This document shows, piece after piece, positions 1-14,317 of a DNA stretch of 64,000 nucleotides (the first letter of the stretch is position 1; each line of letters opens with the position of its first letter). Made by a program: the position numbers and the translations under genes. The notes under the pieces were generated by a model. The model saw only the letters and a program-made list of their open reading frames with translations, had not been told where the DNA came from and ran no database searches. The stretch comes from Hyphochytrium catenoides (taxonomy: Eukaryota > Protista > Hyphochytriomycota): assembly GCA_900088475.1 (NCBI GenBank), contig FLMG01001487.1, positions 59,453-123,452 of the forward strand. The letters run 5' to 3'.

Positions 1-958
1 GAAGCTTGAAAGTGAAAGGTCATCAAAGCATTATATTTCCTGCTCCGTCCGGTGACACGAAACGCACCTGGGGTCAATCCAGAAGTGCCCTCGCCCGTAG
101 AAGCTGGATGCCGCCACCACACGAAGGGGTATCTAAGTCTGTGCACCCATCGGTACAAGTCAGTCCCTATCTCTACAAGCTGTGAAACTCTACTTCTGCC
201 TGCTGAGGCGAAACACTTTCAGCTATAACCTCAAAGGTATATCGGTTATCCTGAAGTGACAGTCTCACTCCGGGTTGCAATGCAGATTGTCTAGTGTTGC
301 TGGCAATGAAGCATCAAGCTCTGCTACTGCTGCCGGCCGCGGCTGCATAAGTAGAGCTTATCTTCCTCGATCACAGGGGCTCATCAAACCCAATCTAGTC
401 TCTTCTCTCTCTCTCTTCACCCTTCGCACCCTCGTCCACTCTCGGCTTTCCCACTGCCTCACTCTCACTCCACCCGAGTTCTCTGATATCAAAATCAGCA
501 TCAAATGATAACTGAACTGTAATCCTCCAGTAATCGTTATTCACCCTTCAACTGCAAGCTCAAGCTCTGTTGCTCTGTCTGAAACCTCTGAAGAGCACCT
601 CATGGAGACTATTGCGACCTTCATGCATGTCATACCGCGCCAAGATGAGCCAATAAAAGTAATTTGAGAGGAGGGACCACCGCTGCGGCACTACTGCGAG
701 GGCAATCCAAGGCTGCTTGGACAGTGCAAGCGGCTGCGCTAGCTCTTCGTGTTGCTGGCTGTCAATTCCCAAGGACTGAGGTTGTTGGCTTACGGGTGGC
801 GATGTGGCGTTTTGTCGATGAAGGAACCCTCCTCTTGTAACGCCGCTATGGCATCTGTATGTGCTTCAACAAAGAGCGCTGTAAAGAGTCTCATGAAGAG
901 CACAAGCGTGTTGATCATATGACCATGGTGGCTGCATTTATCTGCCTTGTTTTATATC

Positions 959-3900
959 TCAAAATAATAGGGAGTCAGAACTTCGTCGACGGAGCCAACT
1001 CCTATTCACACCGAATGGTGTGAATGGAGCAGGAGTGGGAGGATCTTCCGCTCCGTTACCCCTGGGGTTGGTTGTAGAAAGAGAGTTTGAGGAGTGGGTT
1101 CGCTCTACGTCACTCAGCTCTGACGAAGCTTGTAAACTAACCGCATCCTTAGGGTCCCCGAGGTTTGATCCGGTTTGGCCCTTGTTCTGGTCTTGCCCAC
1201 TTGCAAATTGGTAGAGGCTTGCCACCCTTCGAAAAGTCCTCTCTTCTTGCTCTTTGATGTGTTGGGAGATCATCCGCACCATTGCCTCTTTCCACCTCGC
1301 AATCACCTTGGTGCCTTCCTCCCGTCCTTTCTCTGTTAGCTCTGGAAAGTGACTCCAGTCTAAGAGCTTGTACTCCTGAACATGGGGCTGTATGTAGATG
1401 AGGTTGTATGACATTTTTGCCTCTTCAATCAGCTCTCTCAGCTTCTGATTGTTGGTCAGAAAGGTAAGTCCGAGGAGAACATCAGGCAAGAAGGGCATGC
1501 TGCTGTCGTCTTCGCCCAATCCTAGATAGCCTAAGAGTGCCTGCCACAGCAACCAGCCTCCAGAGACGTGACTGTCATACATCGGTAGACCGAGGAAGAT
1601 GTTCTGCTTATTTTCCACATCCACGGCGATGACAATGCCCGGGGCGAGATCCGAGCTCACCAGTACATCCACAGGAAGGTTGTTAACGTATCCTCCGTCA
1701 ACCAATGTGTCACCTTCAACACGCACAGGGGGTACTAACCCTGCCACTGACATTGAAGCGCGGACGTACTTCCAGAGAGGACCTATCCGGGGAGCGGATA
1801 CAAGCGCAAGAGAGGGAGTTAAGGCAGGCGCAGGTGAAGGTGCCAGGTGAAGGATTGTCAGGAAGCCAAATTTGCCGTGGTCATTTCGTCGCGCTATGGT
1901 GCGGTTAGAATGAAGTCACGGAGAAAATAGGTACGAGGTGAAGCAAGGCGACCCAAAGCTCAAACAATAAAAACAATACAGAACTAGCCCAAACTAATCA
2001 AGGAACAATGCAAAGGAGGGAAGAACTGGGACCAGCGCAAGAGTGACTTGCGATTTGTTCATCTTTACCGGTCTGGTGGATTTGCTCTTTTGAATGGGTG
2101 ACATTGGTGGTGACACAGAAAAAAGGAATCCAGAGATCTTCGACCTGTACATCCCCAAAGACTTCTTTAAGCAGGAGATCCATTCCCTGCCCGGAAAAGT
2201 ACGAGAGGATAGGGAACGTGATATCTGCCAGAGAATTGATTGGGTCGCCCATGTTTCGACAGAAGTGTTCCAACAGGGGATGCAGGGTGGTCGTACACAA
2301 CGTCATAGCATAGAGGGCTGCAATCATTGAACCCTTGAAGTTGGGTCGAAATGGGAGCACGTGTTAGCATCTCTTAGTCTCTCCTCGATCGCATGAGATA
2401 AAACACGTGGGCTAGATCTAACAGAGGCTCTCAGAAGGATTTTTGGGTTAATAGAGGTTCTCTAACAGAAGGATTCACGGTTAGAGTAGCGGCCAGCAGC
2501 AGGAGGCCTCTCTAGATGGGTGGAGAAAAGAAGCTTAATTTACTAGACCATCTTATCATAGATGCTTATATACCTGAGAGGTTCCGCCGATAACGTCAAC
2601 AGGTACAGAATGAGACTCCAGAGCTTGCAGCACCCCAAAATGTGCTAGGCCTCGTGCTCCACCTCCTCCTAAAACTAGTCCCACGCTATGACCTGAGAGA
2701 TGGCGGGCCAACCTGACCAATATAGCAATGGTGAGCGCGGGAGAGCACCCAGTCTTCGCGGCAAAAAAAATACGGATGAGAAAGCGCAACTTGTCGCCAT
2801 GCAGCCATTCTAGGAACCAGGAGACAGAAATAGCGGGAGTGGAAGTCGCGATATACTTGAAAGTAAACATTTGCTCAGCTTTGCCCAATAAGCCAACCTT
2901 TCTAGGTCCATCTTTACATGGTCTATGGTCAACCGGAGGTGGTGATGCTGCCTGATCTTTCTCTCAACGAACCATTCGCGAGTGTGGCTCGGCAGCTCCG
3001 GCATGCCGTAATGGAGCAGCACTAGCTCCTTTAGGGCATAGGATCGCCGTGAATGGTAGGAAGGTGAAAAGAGATAGCTCTCGATGGGACTGAGATAAAT
3101 GGTTGCAAGGGGACATGTACCACATCAGGCCGGCGTCATCAGAGCATGCTATCTCTAGGATGGAGCTTGCTTCAAAATGAGGGAATCAAATAGGAATGGC
3201 TAAAAAACGAGCACTTAGGGCATCCCAACTACCACACTAAGCACCACAAGGGACAGCAAGGCATAGGTATAGTACCTGAGCACTGGATCTGCCCCTCCAT
3301 CTCCAACAAGAAGAATGCAGTCTGCCATTCTAATGCAATATTTTGTCCACTGATATCGAGAGGAAAGGTATGAGTTGGCGTTTTTCGCACACAGAGAGAA
3401 TGGTAAAGATAGGGCCGCGAGTAAGGATAGTGGAATGCAAGGGCGTAGTGCACACGCCAGTGCTTCGGGGAGTTATGAGATGTTGGCAGCCGTAACAAAG
3501 CCAGCTGTTAAGAAGAAGGGTATGACTAATACACAGAAGTCTAAATCACAAGGCAGGTATGGGATTGGGAATTGTTTCACCTCTGAAAGAAAGGAGTCTG
3601 CCTGGTACACGACGAATCGATACTTCTCTTCAAGGTCGGTGAGCCAGCTAATAATCCTTTGCTTAGAAAAGAGTGATGGAGTCGAATGGCTTGCACTTTC
3701 CCCGAGTGCTCGCTCTACCGTTTCGCTGTCAAGGTAGAACGTGGGGCCACTTAATCCTAGCGCCGGGAGAAGCCTAAGAGTTGAGAGTTATGCTTAGAGG
3801 TGGGCAGTCCGCTGTACATGGTAGAGACGGGTGGAGAAGGTAGAGACGGGTAGAGAAGTTACAGACAACCAGGATATCGCCCTAGTTGTCAGGCCGGTGA

Positions 3901-6900
3901 TAATTTGGAGAGGCTAAGTGTTCCCACTCTGCTCATCACTTCTCTCAAAAGCAAGTACTACAATGTACGAAATACAAGAAGATAACGAACAGGAAGGGCA
4001 TTAACGATTCGAGAAATGAGTTCTCTCACCCTTCCGCGAACTGCTTCATGTGGACGAGCTTGCTTCCTGCAGGTATTAGAGTTACATTGCAAAGGTTCCG
4101 AGAGATTGTTCGGGGGCTTGGTAAGGAATCCCCAGACTCCACTCTGAGGCTAGCTTCCAAAGTTTGGCGGCTACGTCGTAAAGAAGAGGGAGGACGTTAG
4201 CCAGTGACATAACAGGAGCCAGAGCATTCACTCTTGGTTATCGGGCTGTAACAGAAGCCATNNNNNNNNNNNNNNNNNNNNNNNNNNNNNNNNNNNNNNN
4301 NNNNNNNNNNNNNNNNNNNAAGAGACGGAAGGCGGCGCCGTCTGGAATAGCTTCACTTTTTACTGCCTCCCCTTCTGGGTAAGAAGTAGCAACCGCCGCC
4401 CAGGGAGGAGGGAGAGGCATGGTCGGAGTGAAAACGGTCCGTCCACCTTTTTGCACCTCCACCTGACGGGCCAATTGAACCAGGAAGCGCTCCATAATAT
4501 TGGGATATATCTACAGAGGGGAAGAGAGAGACATCCCATTACATTTACTCCTTCACTCCAATAGGGGTTGGAACGGGCAGGCAGCAATAACAGAAGCAAG
4601 AGGAACAGGCTGGAAGTTTAGAGTTCCAATACTTTATGACAGAAAGCTCAAAAGTCGGCATACGAGTTGTTTCTAGTGATTAGCGACAATCGAACTAAAT
4701 GCAATAGGATCTGCGGATTGCGGTGCAGTCCAGTGATACCTTGCAGATGTGATGAAACGATGCTTTAGATACAGTCACAAGTAGTGTGTCCCGCACAGCA
4801 TAGACTGTTGAATCCCTAGTGCCACCGGTAAGAAGAGAGATATCTCCAACAATTTCACCGCGGCCATACTCGGATCCCCGCCGACCTTCGTAGAGTGTTT
4901 GCTTCCAGCCATTCCCTGCTAGATAGAACAGTCCTTAAGAGAGAGAAAAGAGGCGAATGGCAGGTTCAAAGTCCGAATCCAAGATGCACTGGCAGACCAA
5001 TCGAAGTGGGAACAAGTTCAAACATGCACCACAAGAGTCGAAGACATGCACTCGAACAGGCCGAGAGGTCAGAAATCAGGACTCAAACAGATGAAAGATA
5101 GGAGAAATGTCACAAGAACAAGGTTAGTTTTGACTAACAATCCTGAAGAGAAACAAAAGGGTACCAAGCGAAAAAAGAAGACTTGGAGTAGAATCTCTCG
5201 CGCACCGCTTTCAGCAGTTCCAAGAGCAAGTGGAATGGTTCTAAGTCTACCGCTAATGATCACGAAGAGCTCAGTAGCTTCGTCGCCGTGCTGAGCCAAG
5301 GAAAGTTATGAGTGTACTTAGTGGGTCGACACTAGAAAGCATAAGGAAAGACGATACATCCTAGCACCCCTAGGCTGGCCGTCGCGTAAGGATTCAACGC
5401 GATGGTAGGAATGAGGCTTACGTAATGGACTCTCTCCACGGCTGAGCACATGAAGGCAACACTCCACTGAAACAGGTTCAAAAAGGGAATTCTACCTTGT
5501 ACAAGATGTCTCCTGCCCGGAGCCACATTCTCTTCATGCCTAGCCCCAAAAAGATACGAACATAGGGAGCCAGCATTTTACCCACATAAATTGGAACCTT
5601 CGTCAGCACCCGGCGCCAAACTGCAGCTCCAGAGGCGTCTGTGGAGGCGGAAGCAGTCAGAATCTGATTAGTGCTGATCAGTCGGCATCAAGAGATGCCC
5701 ACACCCGAATGCAGTATCAAACGCGAGAAGAAAGAAGCATTCTTCAATCAATCAAGGTGCTTCTAAAGCTGTCAAGACCTTTGCGGGACAACATCTGACT
5801 CAACAGCCCCATGAGTAGACAGAGTATCGATGGAACAGGGCAGGATATCGGATGCAATGTAGGATGCTTTTCAGGTCCTCCTCTCCTACCTAATTCAGAC
5901 TCCGGGCTCTCCTTCCCCACCGTCTCTTCCTCTTGCTGATCTTCAAATACGTAAAAGCCTATGCCGCTGCTCGTGCTATCAACCGAGTTGGAAGAGTCGG
6001 TGGAGCGTCGGCGACGGTGCAGCTGGCGAAGAGGAGGCGGGAAAGAGGAACCTCCGTGGATATCTGGACAGCAGGGTAGGTTGGAAAGGCCAATTAGCAA
6101 TGGATATTTAGACAATAGTCAGGGCGGCGTAGCCAGAAGCATGCCATAATGTAGAGGGAGGGGTTATCTGAAACTCTTCGACCCACGAGCAATGTAGGTA
6201 TGCTTTTTAGTTTCTTTAGACGGCACATACCTGCAAACACCTTTATTGGCAAAGCAACTACTTGAGTGATTCCTACAGCCTGACAAAGCTCTGAACGAAC
6301 TGAGCCACAAAAGCTATCGCGCCAGCCCATTAGAGCCCCAGGTCCCGCTTCCTCCAGTTGCTGTAGGATGCAGAAGAAGTAAGGAATATTAGAACATTAA
6401 CACACGTGTGGCGAGACAATAGCGACGAGGAGGTTTGTAAGGGTCAGTCCAAAGCGTCAAATTGAGGGTTACATACCACCAATTGGCCGTCTCCTTTCTC
6501 TGCAAAAGTCCTCAACTTGCCCTTGACAACGTAAAAGAAGCAGTCCGCCTGCTCTCCCTCTTGGTAGGCAGGTTGTGTCGGGCCGAGGAGTTCGACTGGG
6601 CAAAGAGCAAATTTTCGAATCGGACGTGAAGGAATGATCAGATTAGGCAAGTAATGGCAGAGCCTTAGCAAGTGCATCATTGAACTTACGATGCCCTTGT
6701 TCTATTAAAAATTGTCCTTCAGGGCTGTCAACGGGTATGACCACCTCCGTCTTGAAAGTAGGAGTGAGTTCCGCAATCTCTTGCAAGCGGAAAACGTCGT
6801 AGAGGACATAGCTTGCCACTTTCCACTGTCAAAGAAGTAGAACAGTGAGAGAGAGGTTTAACCACATGGAAAGAGATGTTACGCAGGAGAACGAGAACCG

Positions 6901-8509
6901 AGAGAGACTCATAGGCTGTGGGTTATGTCCATGAGCATACCTGCCTAACCGTCGTGTTTAGAATGAAACTTATTATGGCCGAAGGGAAGGCTTCCAGACA
7001 CTGCCTGAAAGCCTGGCGATCTAGCTGAAGGAGAGAACTTTTGCTCTTGGTCTTTGCTCTAATCATTCTTTTTGTATCCTCTCCTGCAAGGAGATCATTC
7101 TCGCCAAACGACTGGCCGCTTTGGAAAGAGGATAGAAAAGTCAATGGGACTTCTTCTTCTGCGTATTCCCTGAAAGCGGCCGAATCACTGTCTGATACAG
7201 TCCGACGAAGGGACGGTGGAATTGGGTCCTGGGAGGCGGAAGCGACGTCAACACTTTTCGCAGTGCTTCTTCTTCTCTTGCCATTCTTCTTCGACTTGGG
7301 TTTCGTTTGCCTGGTCCCGTCACCTGTAGAAGCTTCTTGCATGGCTGTGGTTATGGCCGCTGCTGGCGTGGACAAAGGGCGTCAGTATACGACCGCGACA
7401 AACTATGAAAGACACGCTACAGAGTTACACTAGCGAGAACTGTGAATGCCTAAAGCGGGGACGAAAGACCGTATGGAGATGGATTGAAGAAAGAGGTAGA
7501 CATGGAACAAGTGCTGGCAGACGCTAGTCCCACAATAAAGGAGTGCAGATGTTTAGGAAGAATAGAAGGAAAATGGGAAGATTTGGACATTATAAGCAGA
7601 GCACAAGCGGTGCGAGGCACGTAAGGGGAATGGAGACCAGGGCAAGAAAGAGAAAATTGATTTTGGCGCTACTTTTAGAACGCCCGGTGGGCTCTCGATC
7701 GTCCTGGTCTTGTACACTGGGTCCTTGATCTCTAAGTGTGTAGATATCAATGACACCTTCCAATAAGACAAACATGCCAGAGTCGGTGGGCTCTCCGACG
7801 TCAAAGAGGACCTCCCCAGCCTCTATCTCTACCCGCTTCATACGCTGCGAGATGGCCTCCACTTCGTCTCTACTCATGCAAAGGAAGTGAGGCAGCTTCT
7901 GAAGCATGCGTAGCTCGCGTTGCTTGTGTATATCGGCACCCACCAAATCAGTCTCGATATCTTGGTCCTCCACAATGGGTGACTCCGAGGCGAAGCTGTG
8001 TCTCTGAAAGAGGATAAGGTTGCCCAATAGAGGAGGAGAAGGGAAGGTGGACACGAAAGACACATTATTAATGGCAGGAATAAGAGAGACAGCGAAGGCA
8101 GTCAGACATGGTAATGGGGCAATCGGAACGGAAGACTCGCGTCGCCCACCTGAAGTAAGTGGGCTTCGACTTCCTTCTGGTCAAGGGCAGCGGCTTCATC
8201 GGGCGACTGCACCCTCGGCTCGAAGTGCTCCTCCTTGCGAAATATTCTCCGAATATTTTTGAGACCTCGTGGGTTGATGAGGGTTCTTCTGCGTAATCTG
8301 ACCCAAAGGTAGAAGCGTAGACCAACGTACGAAGATGTGATGAAGAAAAACTTCATCAAGTTCTTCCATCGTATAATGCGGCGTTGGAGAAACCTGTACC
8401 ACAGGAGTGCAATAAAGGAACCCGCAAGTAGACGCCGGAATATGGGTGATATGGACACACGGCGTGGCCTGGTCACAGAAGACTCCTCCTCCTCCGTCTT
8501 CTCCTCCAT
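959..8509 (-). CDS. NTE1: Patatin-like phospholipase, NTE1/PNPLA6-7 family (N-terminal TM, cNMP-binding domains, patatin domain); multi-exon span
   Basis: Exons encode [30 protein letters not shown]|GSMIAALYA (GxSxG), [28 protein letters not shown] (DGG); cNMP-type segments ([21 protein letters not shown]; [18 protein letters not shown]; [16 protein letters not shown]); hydrophobic N-terminus after ATG 8509. N gap at 4262-4319 lies inside. Confidence 0.93.
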
Positions 8510-9291
8510 AGTGTGACTTTGTATGGGGAAACGAACTTAGCAGGTATCAATCCCTCTTGCCTTGGGCTCTGGCACTGTGCACATTTTGAAGTCAGCCCAA
8601 TCAGACGCAGTAAAGTGGAAGGTCTGGAGTTCCGGCACAAGCAGCGCACCCGGGATCTGAACTTTCCGCAAATAACCTCTCCAGCTAGGAACAACCAACG
8701 AAAACGTAGATGAGGCAGCCTCCTAAAGGAGTCATAACCAGCGGCGCCATAACGGACACCGAAGGGGAGATGCGTGCACCAGATAGGTGTTAAGACTGAG
8801 ACGGACTGTTATTGAGACGGACGGAAGGAGATGCCGCGGGAAAGCCTGAGCGGCGCTGTCAACACTGGCCACAGATCGAGCAGACCCAGCTGTTGGTCGC
8901 CTCAAACAGTTCCTTGTCTGTTCCTTGCTATGATGACGGTTCGGTTCGTATCCTCTTTTCTCGTCGTGATCCCGCTGGGTGGGACACTTCACTGTCTGAG
9001 GTTTGACTCGGGATGGGTGGGAGTCACAATCCCTGGCACTGAACACAGAACTTCAACCGATAAAAAGAGCTCGCTGGCTGCGTTCGCCACGGAGATTGGA
9101 AGATTTCGGAGATTCTTTATTAGGGGAATTAGCGTACTGGCTGCAGAGACCGGCTGAGGAGAGTCGAACGGATGCTTCCCCACAGAGCTGGGCCGGACAG
9201 TCACATCGCATGGGTGTGAACTGCTTTACCTAACACTCTGCGCCGCATTAATTGATAAATACTGTGATGTGTTCTATTACTAACGGAGACG

Positions 9292-10200
9292 CTACGTGAG
9301 TGCCACTAGCTCATAAAGCAGTTCTTCGTGCTCTTTCTTGACAAATCGTCCCTTTACCCGCAGTCTGGAGTCTGAGGAGAGTAGCCAGAAAGAGCAGGAG
9401 ACAGTTAGTCAACATCATTGCCCTGATAGGCAAGAGTTGGCTGCCCGTGTGGTACCTGCAAAGTGCTTCCTCACATCGTAGTCCACCTTTTTGACCCAGA
9501 CGCGCCGAAGCCTTTTTTCGAGGAACTTCTTTATCCGAAGTTTCCTTGACCTGGGTGAGTATTTCCCAATGTAGGGCCGCTTCTGCTCCTTGACAGCCGA
9601 TAATTCCTGAAGTACAAGTTAGGATGGGAAGTGGCCGTAGCAGGGGTCCCTACCACTTACCAGTCGAACCTGAGATGATATCGGCAGCGTAGCGTTGGTA
9701 AGATTTAGGACGTCCGTATTGGCAAGAGCTTGTTTATTGGTCTGTTTTATACTCAAGTCTGCATTCTCCGGAAGCTCGTAACTGCTCATCTGTTGGGCAA
9801 AGTACCACATTTCTTCAAAGCCGGTGGGACTCTCGAGCCCCTTGGGGCACTTCATAGCACAGTGCTGATTCTCCTTTTCATGGCTGCAAAAGCTGGTCAG
9901 ACCAAACATCTGCCACAAACCAGGTACAACCGAGCTTTGAGGATACCTTTCCTTTGTTATGGAAGAAAGAGCTAGCAGAGACTGTGCAATGGCTAGAGAC
10001 TCCTTGTCCTGCATCCCTGGCTGGAGCCTGTGCACACCCACATCACATAGACATGTCATTTACACTGATGAATCTATCCGGCAGATATGGATGGGTAGCG
10101 ACCTCACCTGGACTCTGTTCCATTTGCCAAGACTGTCATGCTGAGACTGGGAGGTGGCACACTGGTATCTCCAGAAATATAGACTATTACAAGAAGCATG
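9292..10200 (-). CDS. CCT-motif protein (CONSTANS/TOC1-type C-terminal motif); multi-exon, 5' end uncertain
   Basis: Not shown in the ORF track: exon ~9610-9457 reads YIGKYSPRSRKLRIKKFLEKRLRRVWVKKVDYDVRKHFA, spliced to DSRLRVKGRFVKKEHEELLYELVALT* (stop 9292-9294). Upstream exon is ORF 9619..10059; further exons may extend past 10200. Confidence 0.85.
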
Positions 10201-11929
10201 CAATGTTTCTAGCCTACAAGGGTGAAGTTGATGCTCCGCAATACTGCGATCAGCTTTTCAGCATCCCTTAGTCTGTATGGTCAGGATTTGTCGGTCCCTT
10301 CTTGATTTGCACGTCCCTACCAAAAGCCTAGATGATGGCCGGCGTGTTCGCAGCTTTCCCCCTCCTTCCTCTATAGCTAAAGGACAAGCAGATTGGGTCT
10401 GTTCTTCTGTCGCCAACATAGCGGCATGATGATGGAGCTGATAATGATAATGGCGCTTGGAACTCTTACAGCCGAGGAGACAACGCTTGACTTGTCGGGT
10501 TGACTGGCGCCCACGCCGGTGTCTGTGGCTCCTGATCGGGCACTGCGAGAGGTCACCGTTTCTCCTCCAGCTTCAACAGAGCTATCCTACATATAAGATG
10601 CTAACATGACAGACCAGCACAAGTAAGCCGTTCTAATCGAGGATGTTTGTGATCCGTATCGTACAGTAACTGTACACTTCGTGCTTCAAAGGGAATGATT
10701 CTTTCTGAAAGAAACATGGAAACATTCATTCTGTTTTATTTACTCCTCCAGCTATAAGGCCTTCTTACCTCTACTAATGGCTGGCAAAGGTTTCCTTGTT
10801 TATTTCTGTTCTTTGGTATGCCATTGGAAGGGAAAGATTGGTGTCCTTTCGGCCGACTTCAGGACTCAGAGTGCGAATCACGACTCGCTTGTCCAGCCAC
10901 GCAGAACACACTTCGACTTATGCGGCGCTGTGTGACAGTCTAGGTCCGTCCCTGTAGAGCAGTATGGCATTGCCGGGAAATTCAGAGTTAAGAAATTCAT
11001 TTCCTGATGTAGAGGATACGTGCCGGCTGGGTGACAGCGAGACAGATACATTTGGTGAGAAACGATGGCTATGTTCAGAACTAGGTTATCTCTTTCAAGC
11101 TTCAGAGAGGGAAATTACTGGGTGATGAATCTTTAGAGAGGAGCCCAACAACGCCGGGTTGCTCGACTGGAACCACAGGACTTTGAATAAAAAGAGGGAG
11201 CGATATGCTCGGAGGAAAGGACAAGAAGACACGTAGGGGGCGAGATGTGCAGGCTTTAGGCTTAGAGGGTGGCAACTTCAACCGCAAGGCCAGGCAACTC
11301 CGGGCTTACTGAAGAGCTCTGCCTAGGACCGATTCGATTGACGTCATGACCGAAAGTTTGTAGGAACACATTGGAAATGGGGAAGATCGGATCTTGGTTA
11401 GCAAGGGTGAGCTCGTCTATACCATTCCATTTCCTTTACCGGCGGCAGTCTTCACTAGCTATCTCGATAGCAATGATGTTTGGCATTTCTGTCTGATACT
11501 GAAATTGAGCTTAGCAGCGGTTCCTTCCAACAACGTATTTCCAGCTTAACTGCAGTGCGACAGTGATGTTTATGATCCTTACTAGTGGCACGGTGGTGGG
11601 TTGTTGTTTGGACGATAGAGAACTTGCCACTAAGAACTCTATAGTCTCCAGGTGGTGGCAGAACGAATATCAGCTCGTGCCCTGCTTCGCACGGTGGCAT
11701 CATCAAGCAGTTGAGGGGACTACAAGCATCGCGGAGCAGAGATCTCAAGTAGAAGTACAATACCTAACTAGATCGCACTTTATCAGTATTTGACATAATA
11801 AATAACAAACGGAGAAATGACAAGCCCATAATGCGAATTCTGCCCTCAACGGCAAACGAAAAAGGGGCTCTCTGCTTGCGAGCAATCTCTGTTGCATTGC
11901 AAGCAGGCAGACTTTACTGGTCGTAGACA

Positions 11930-14317
11930 TCACTCTATCGCAACTTGTGGTTCTGTTCCGCTTAACGTCAAATAGACTCTTCGAGATTGAAGTGCCTCCC
12001 GTCTTGAAGCAGCTAAGACGTCCTACGAGGATAGGTTCATCGTCATTGGCGGTACCATTGGTACTCAGTATGACCAGTATCCTCACCGTGAGCAAATTTT
12101 CTTTGTTCTCTTCAGGGATGATCTCAGACGTATAACGGGACAATAAGCTGTGAGCAGTAGGGTAGTGATCCATTACCCGTTGCGCTTTCGCTGAGCTCAG
12201 ACCTGGCACCTTAGGTAAAGTCACATAAGCAGAAGCATATTAGCTTCCACCAAAGACATCATACCATTTCAAGCATGCGTAGCCAGATGTCCGCAGTGGC
12301 TGGTCCTCTTAGCCTTTGGTCTATCACCACCAAAGAGACTCAGGACCATTGAATGAGAAGGATCTTACAAAAGCATTAGAACCTACCACGATCAGCTCCC
12401 TCACGTATAGACCGGGACTTTTTCAACGTAGCCAAAGAGTCAAGCGCTTCTCTTAAGTCGAACAAATCAAGTCAGACGGTTAAAATCCCTATGGTTCAAC
12501 TCTGAACTCAATAGACTTTACCGATGGGGGTGTTCGGCAATGGCACGAGTGATGTTTCCGATATAGGACACGACTTCCAGAAAATTGCTGCAAACCTTCA
12601 CCTCGCATGAATCCCGAAGCTCCAAATCGATGCAAAGGTCATCAAAGTCGAGGAGCCTTGTGGCTACCCCGTTCGGTGAAGTCATCTACCGGAGGCTATT
12701 ACGAACTATGCATTTTCAAATATTGCGGCTACTGCCAATACCTGTCTCTCCCGGCTGGTTTGGGCCACGTAGTCGTTGACACCCTCAAAAACGACCAGTA
12801 GCCTAATCTGCTGCCCATACTCGGACCTGGGAGCAGAATAAGCACTATTCACTGAGAGTCCCAACTTTTGCTTTACCTTACTAAGGAAATGCACTGGCGC
12901 AAGCCGTCATAGCCCTTTCTTTCCATAGTGAGCAATAAGCGATCTGCTGACCAGTAGAGGAGCACGATGGGCAACATAGCAAGTGAGACTACGCTGTTTT
13001 CAGCTAAAGCGCCTCCAAATGCCTTGCTTCTGTAGGCCCATCGGATAACTCCTCGAAAAGGGGAAACAAACCCCGGTCCCACATGGAACTAACGCGGTGA
13101 GGTTAGTTAGCGACACGGCGCGGTCCTTTGTAGAAGAAATACCTTGTACTTTTGGGCACAAGCACCCTTTGCGAGTGCGTCTTTCAGTTGCCTGCCTTTA
13201 GCAGAGTCAAGTAACGACTGCTCCATCAAAACAGCGACTTCGTCGCAAGCAAACTTTCCAGTACAGATCTGAGAGAGGAGGCTTCGTAGAAAGTAAAGAT
13301 AGGCTCGAAGTAAGGCTATATGTAAGAAGAAGCTATTCTTACCGCCGCTTGCGCTCTCTACTTTTTGCATCGTCCTTTTCTTTTCTTTGGGCCTCCTTCT
13401 GCCGCTGCTTGGATAACCGCAGCGCGTCCTTTTCCCGCTGCCTTTGAAGCCGTAAGGCTTCTTTTTCCTGTTGCTTTTGTAAGCGACGAGCTTCTTTGTC
13501 GCGCTCTTTCTGCAGGGTCTTGGACGCAGTCTATCATTGTGGAGCCGTGTAGCTTAGTCACCTCAGCTCCATTCAGAAACCGTTCAGAAGACGAGGTCGA
13601 AGCGCCTACCTCAAATGATAGACTTTCCGTCCCTCTCTCTTCGGCAGATATAGTCCGACGTAAGGGTGGCGTAGCATGCAGTTGTTGACCAGGGTCAGTC
13701 TGGCTTCGGTGATACATGCCGCCAAGGCCTCTCAAGGTAGAGCTTGCATCAATTGGCATAGCCTTTTCGACCTCTGCTTCGTGTCGATGTGAGGAGCCCT
13801 GCATAGTACCATGACGGCTGAGTAGCCGTTTCTTAGCTGCCGCAATGCGACTGCTTTCTGCCATCAACTTCTCAAAAGAGTCTTCGCTCGAATCTGAGAG
13901 CGCCTTGTCTTTGCCATCCCACTTTGAGTTTGGCATGCCTGCCAGACTCGCGGTTGCGACTATACCTTTGGCCAAGCAGTCAGAAGATGACGCCTTGCGG
14001 AGACTGACTGGTGGAACTAGACATTCTTGAGTTTGACTAGAGCCCACAAACTCCACATCACTGCCATCGTCCTCGCCCGACTGTGATGCGGTCTTCACTG
14101 CACTTGGCTTCTCTGTACTTGGCTTCTTTCTTGGTGACAAATCGCATTCCGATTCTTCAGACTCCAGAAGCCTTAATACTCTCTTGGGCTTTGCTGTCAA
14201 TGAGGGTTGTCCAATTAAGGTGCTGAGCATGCTTTGGTGAGGTTCAGCATGGCAAACACCCCTTTCTTCCTCCGAGTCCGACAGCTCAATGATCATGCTA
14301 ACACTGCCCTCTGCCAT
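11930..14317 (-). CDS. EME1: Crossover junction endonuclease non-catalytic subunit EME1/Mms4 (ERCC4 + HhH); multi-exon
   Basis: Low-complexity N-terminus, K/E/R coiled coil (KERDKEARRLQKQQEKE), GKFACDEVAVLME, LLVVFEG, YIGNITRAIAEHPHR, DIWLRMLEM|VPGLSSAKAQRVMDHYPTAHSLLSRY, last exon DVLAASRREALQSRRVYLTLSGTEPQVAIE*. Confidence 0.88.

Noticed and set aside
12885-12960. MERKGYD as a MUS81 catalytic ERKxxxD motif
   Set aside because: Spacing and context do not fit; the rest of the protein matches EME1.
13358-13610. Apparent frameshift or early stop in the 331-aa EME1 ORF
   Set aside because: Explained by a GT-AG intron (~13610-13532); splicing restores the KERDKEARRLQ coiled-coil frame.
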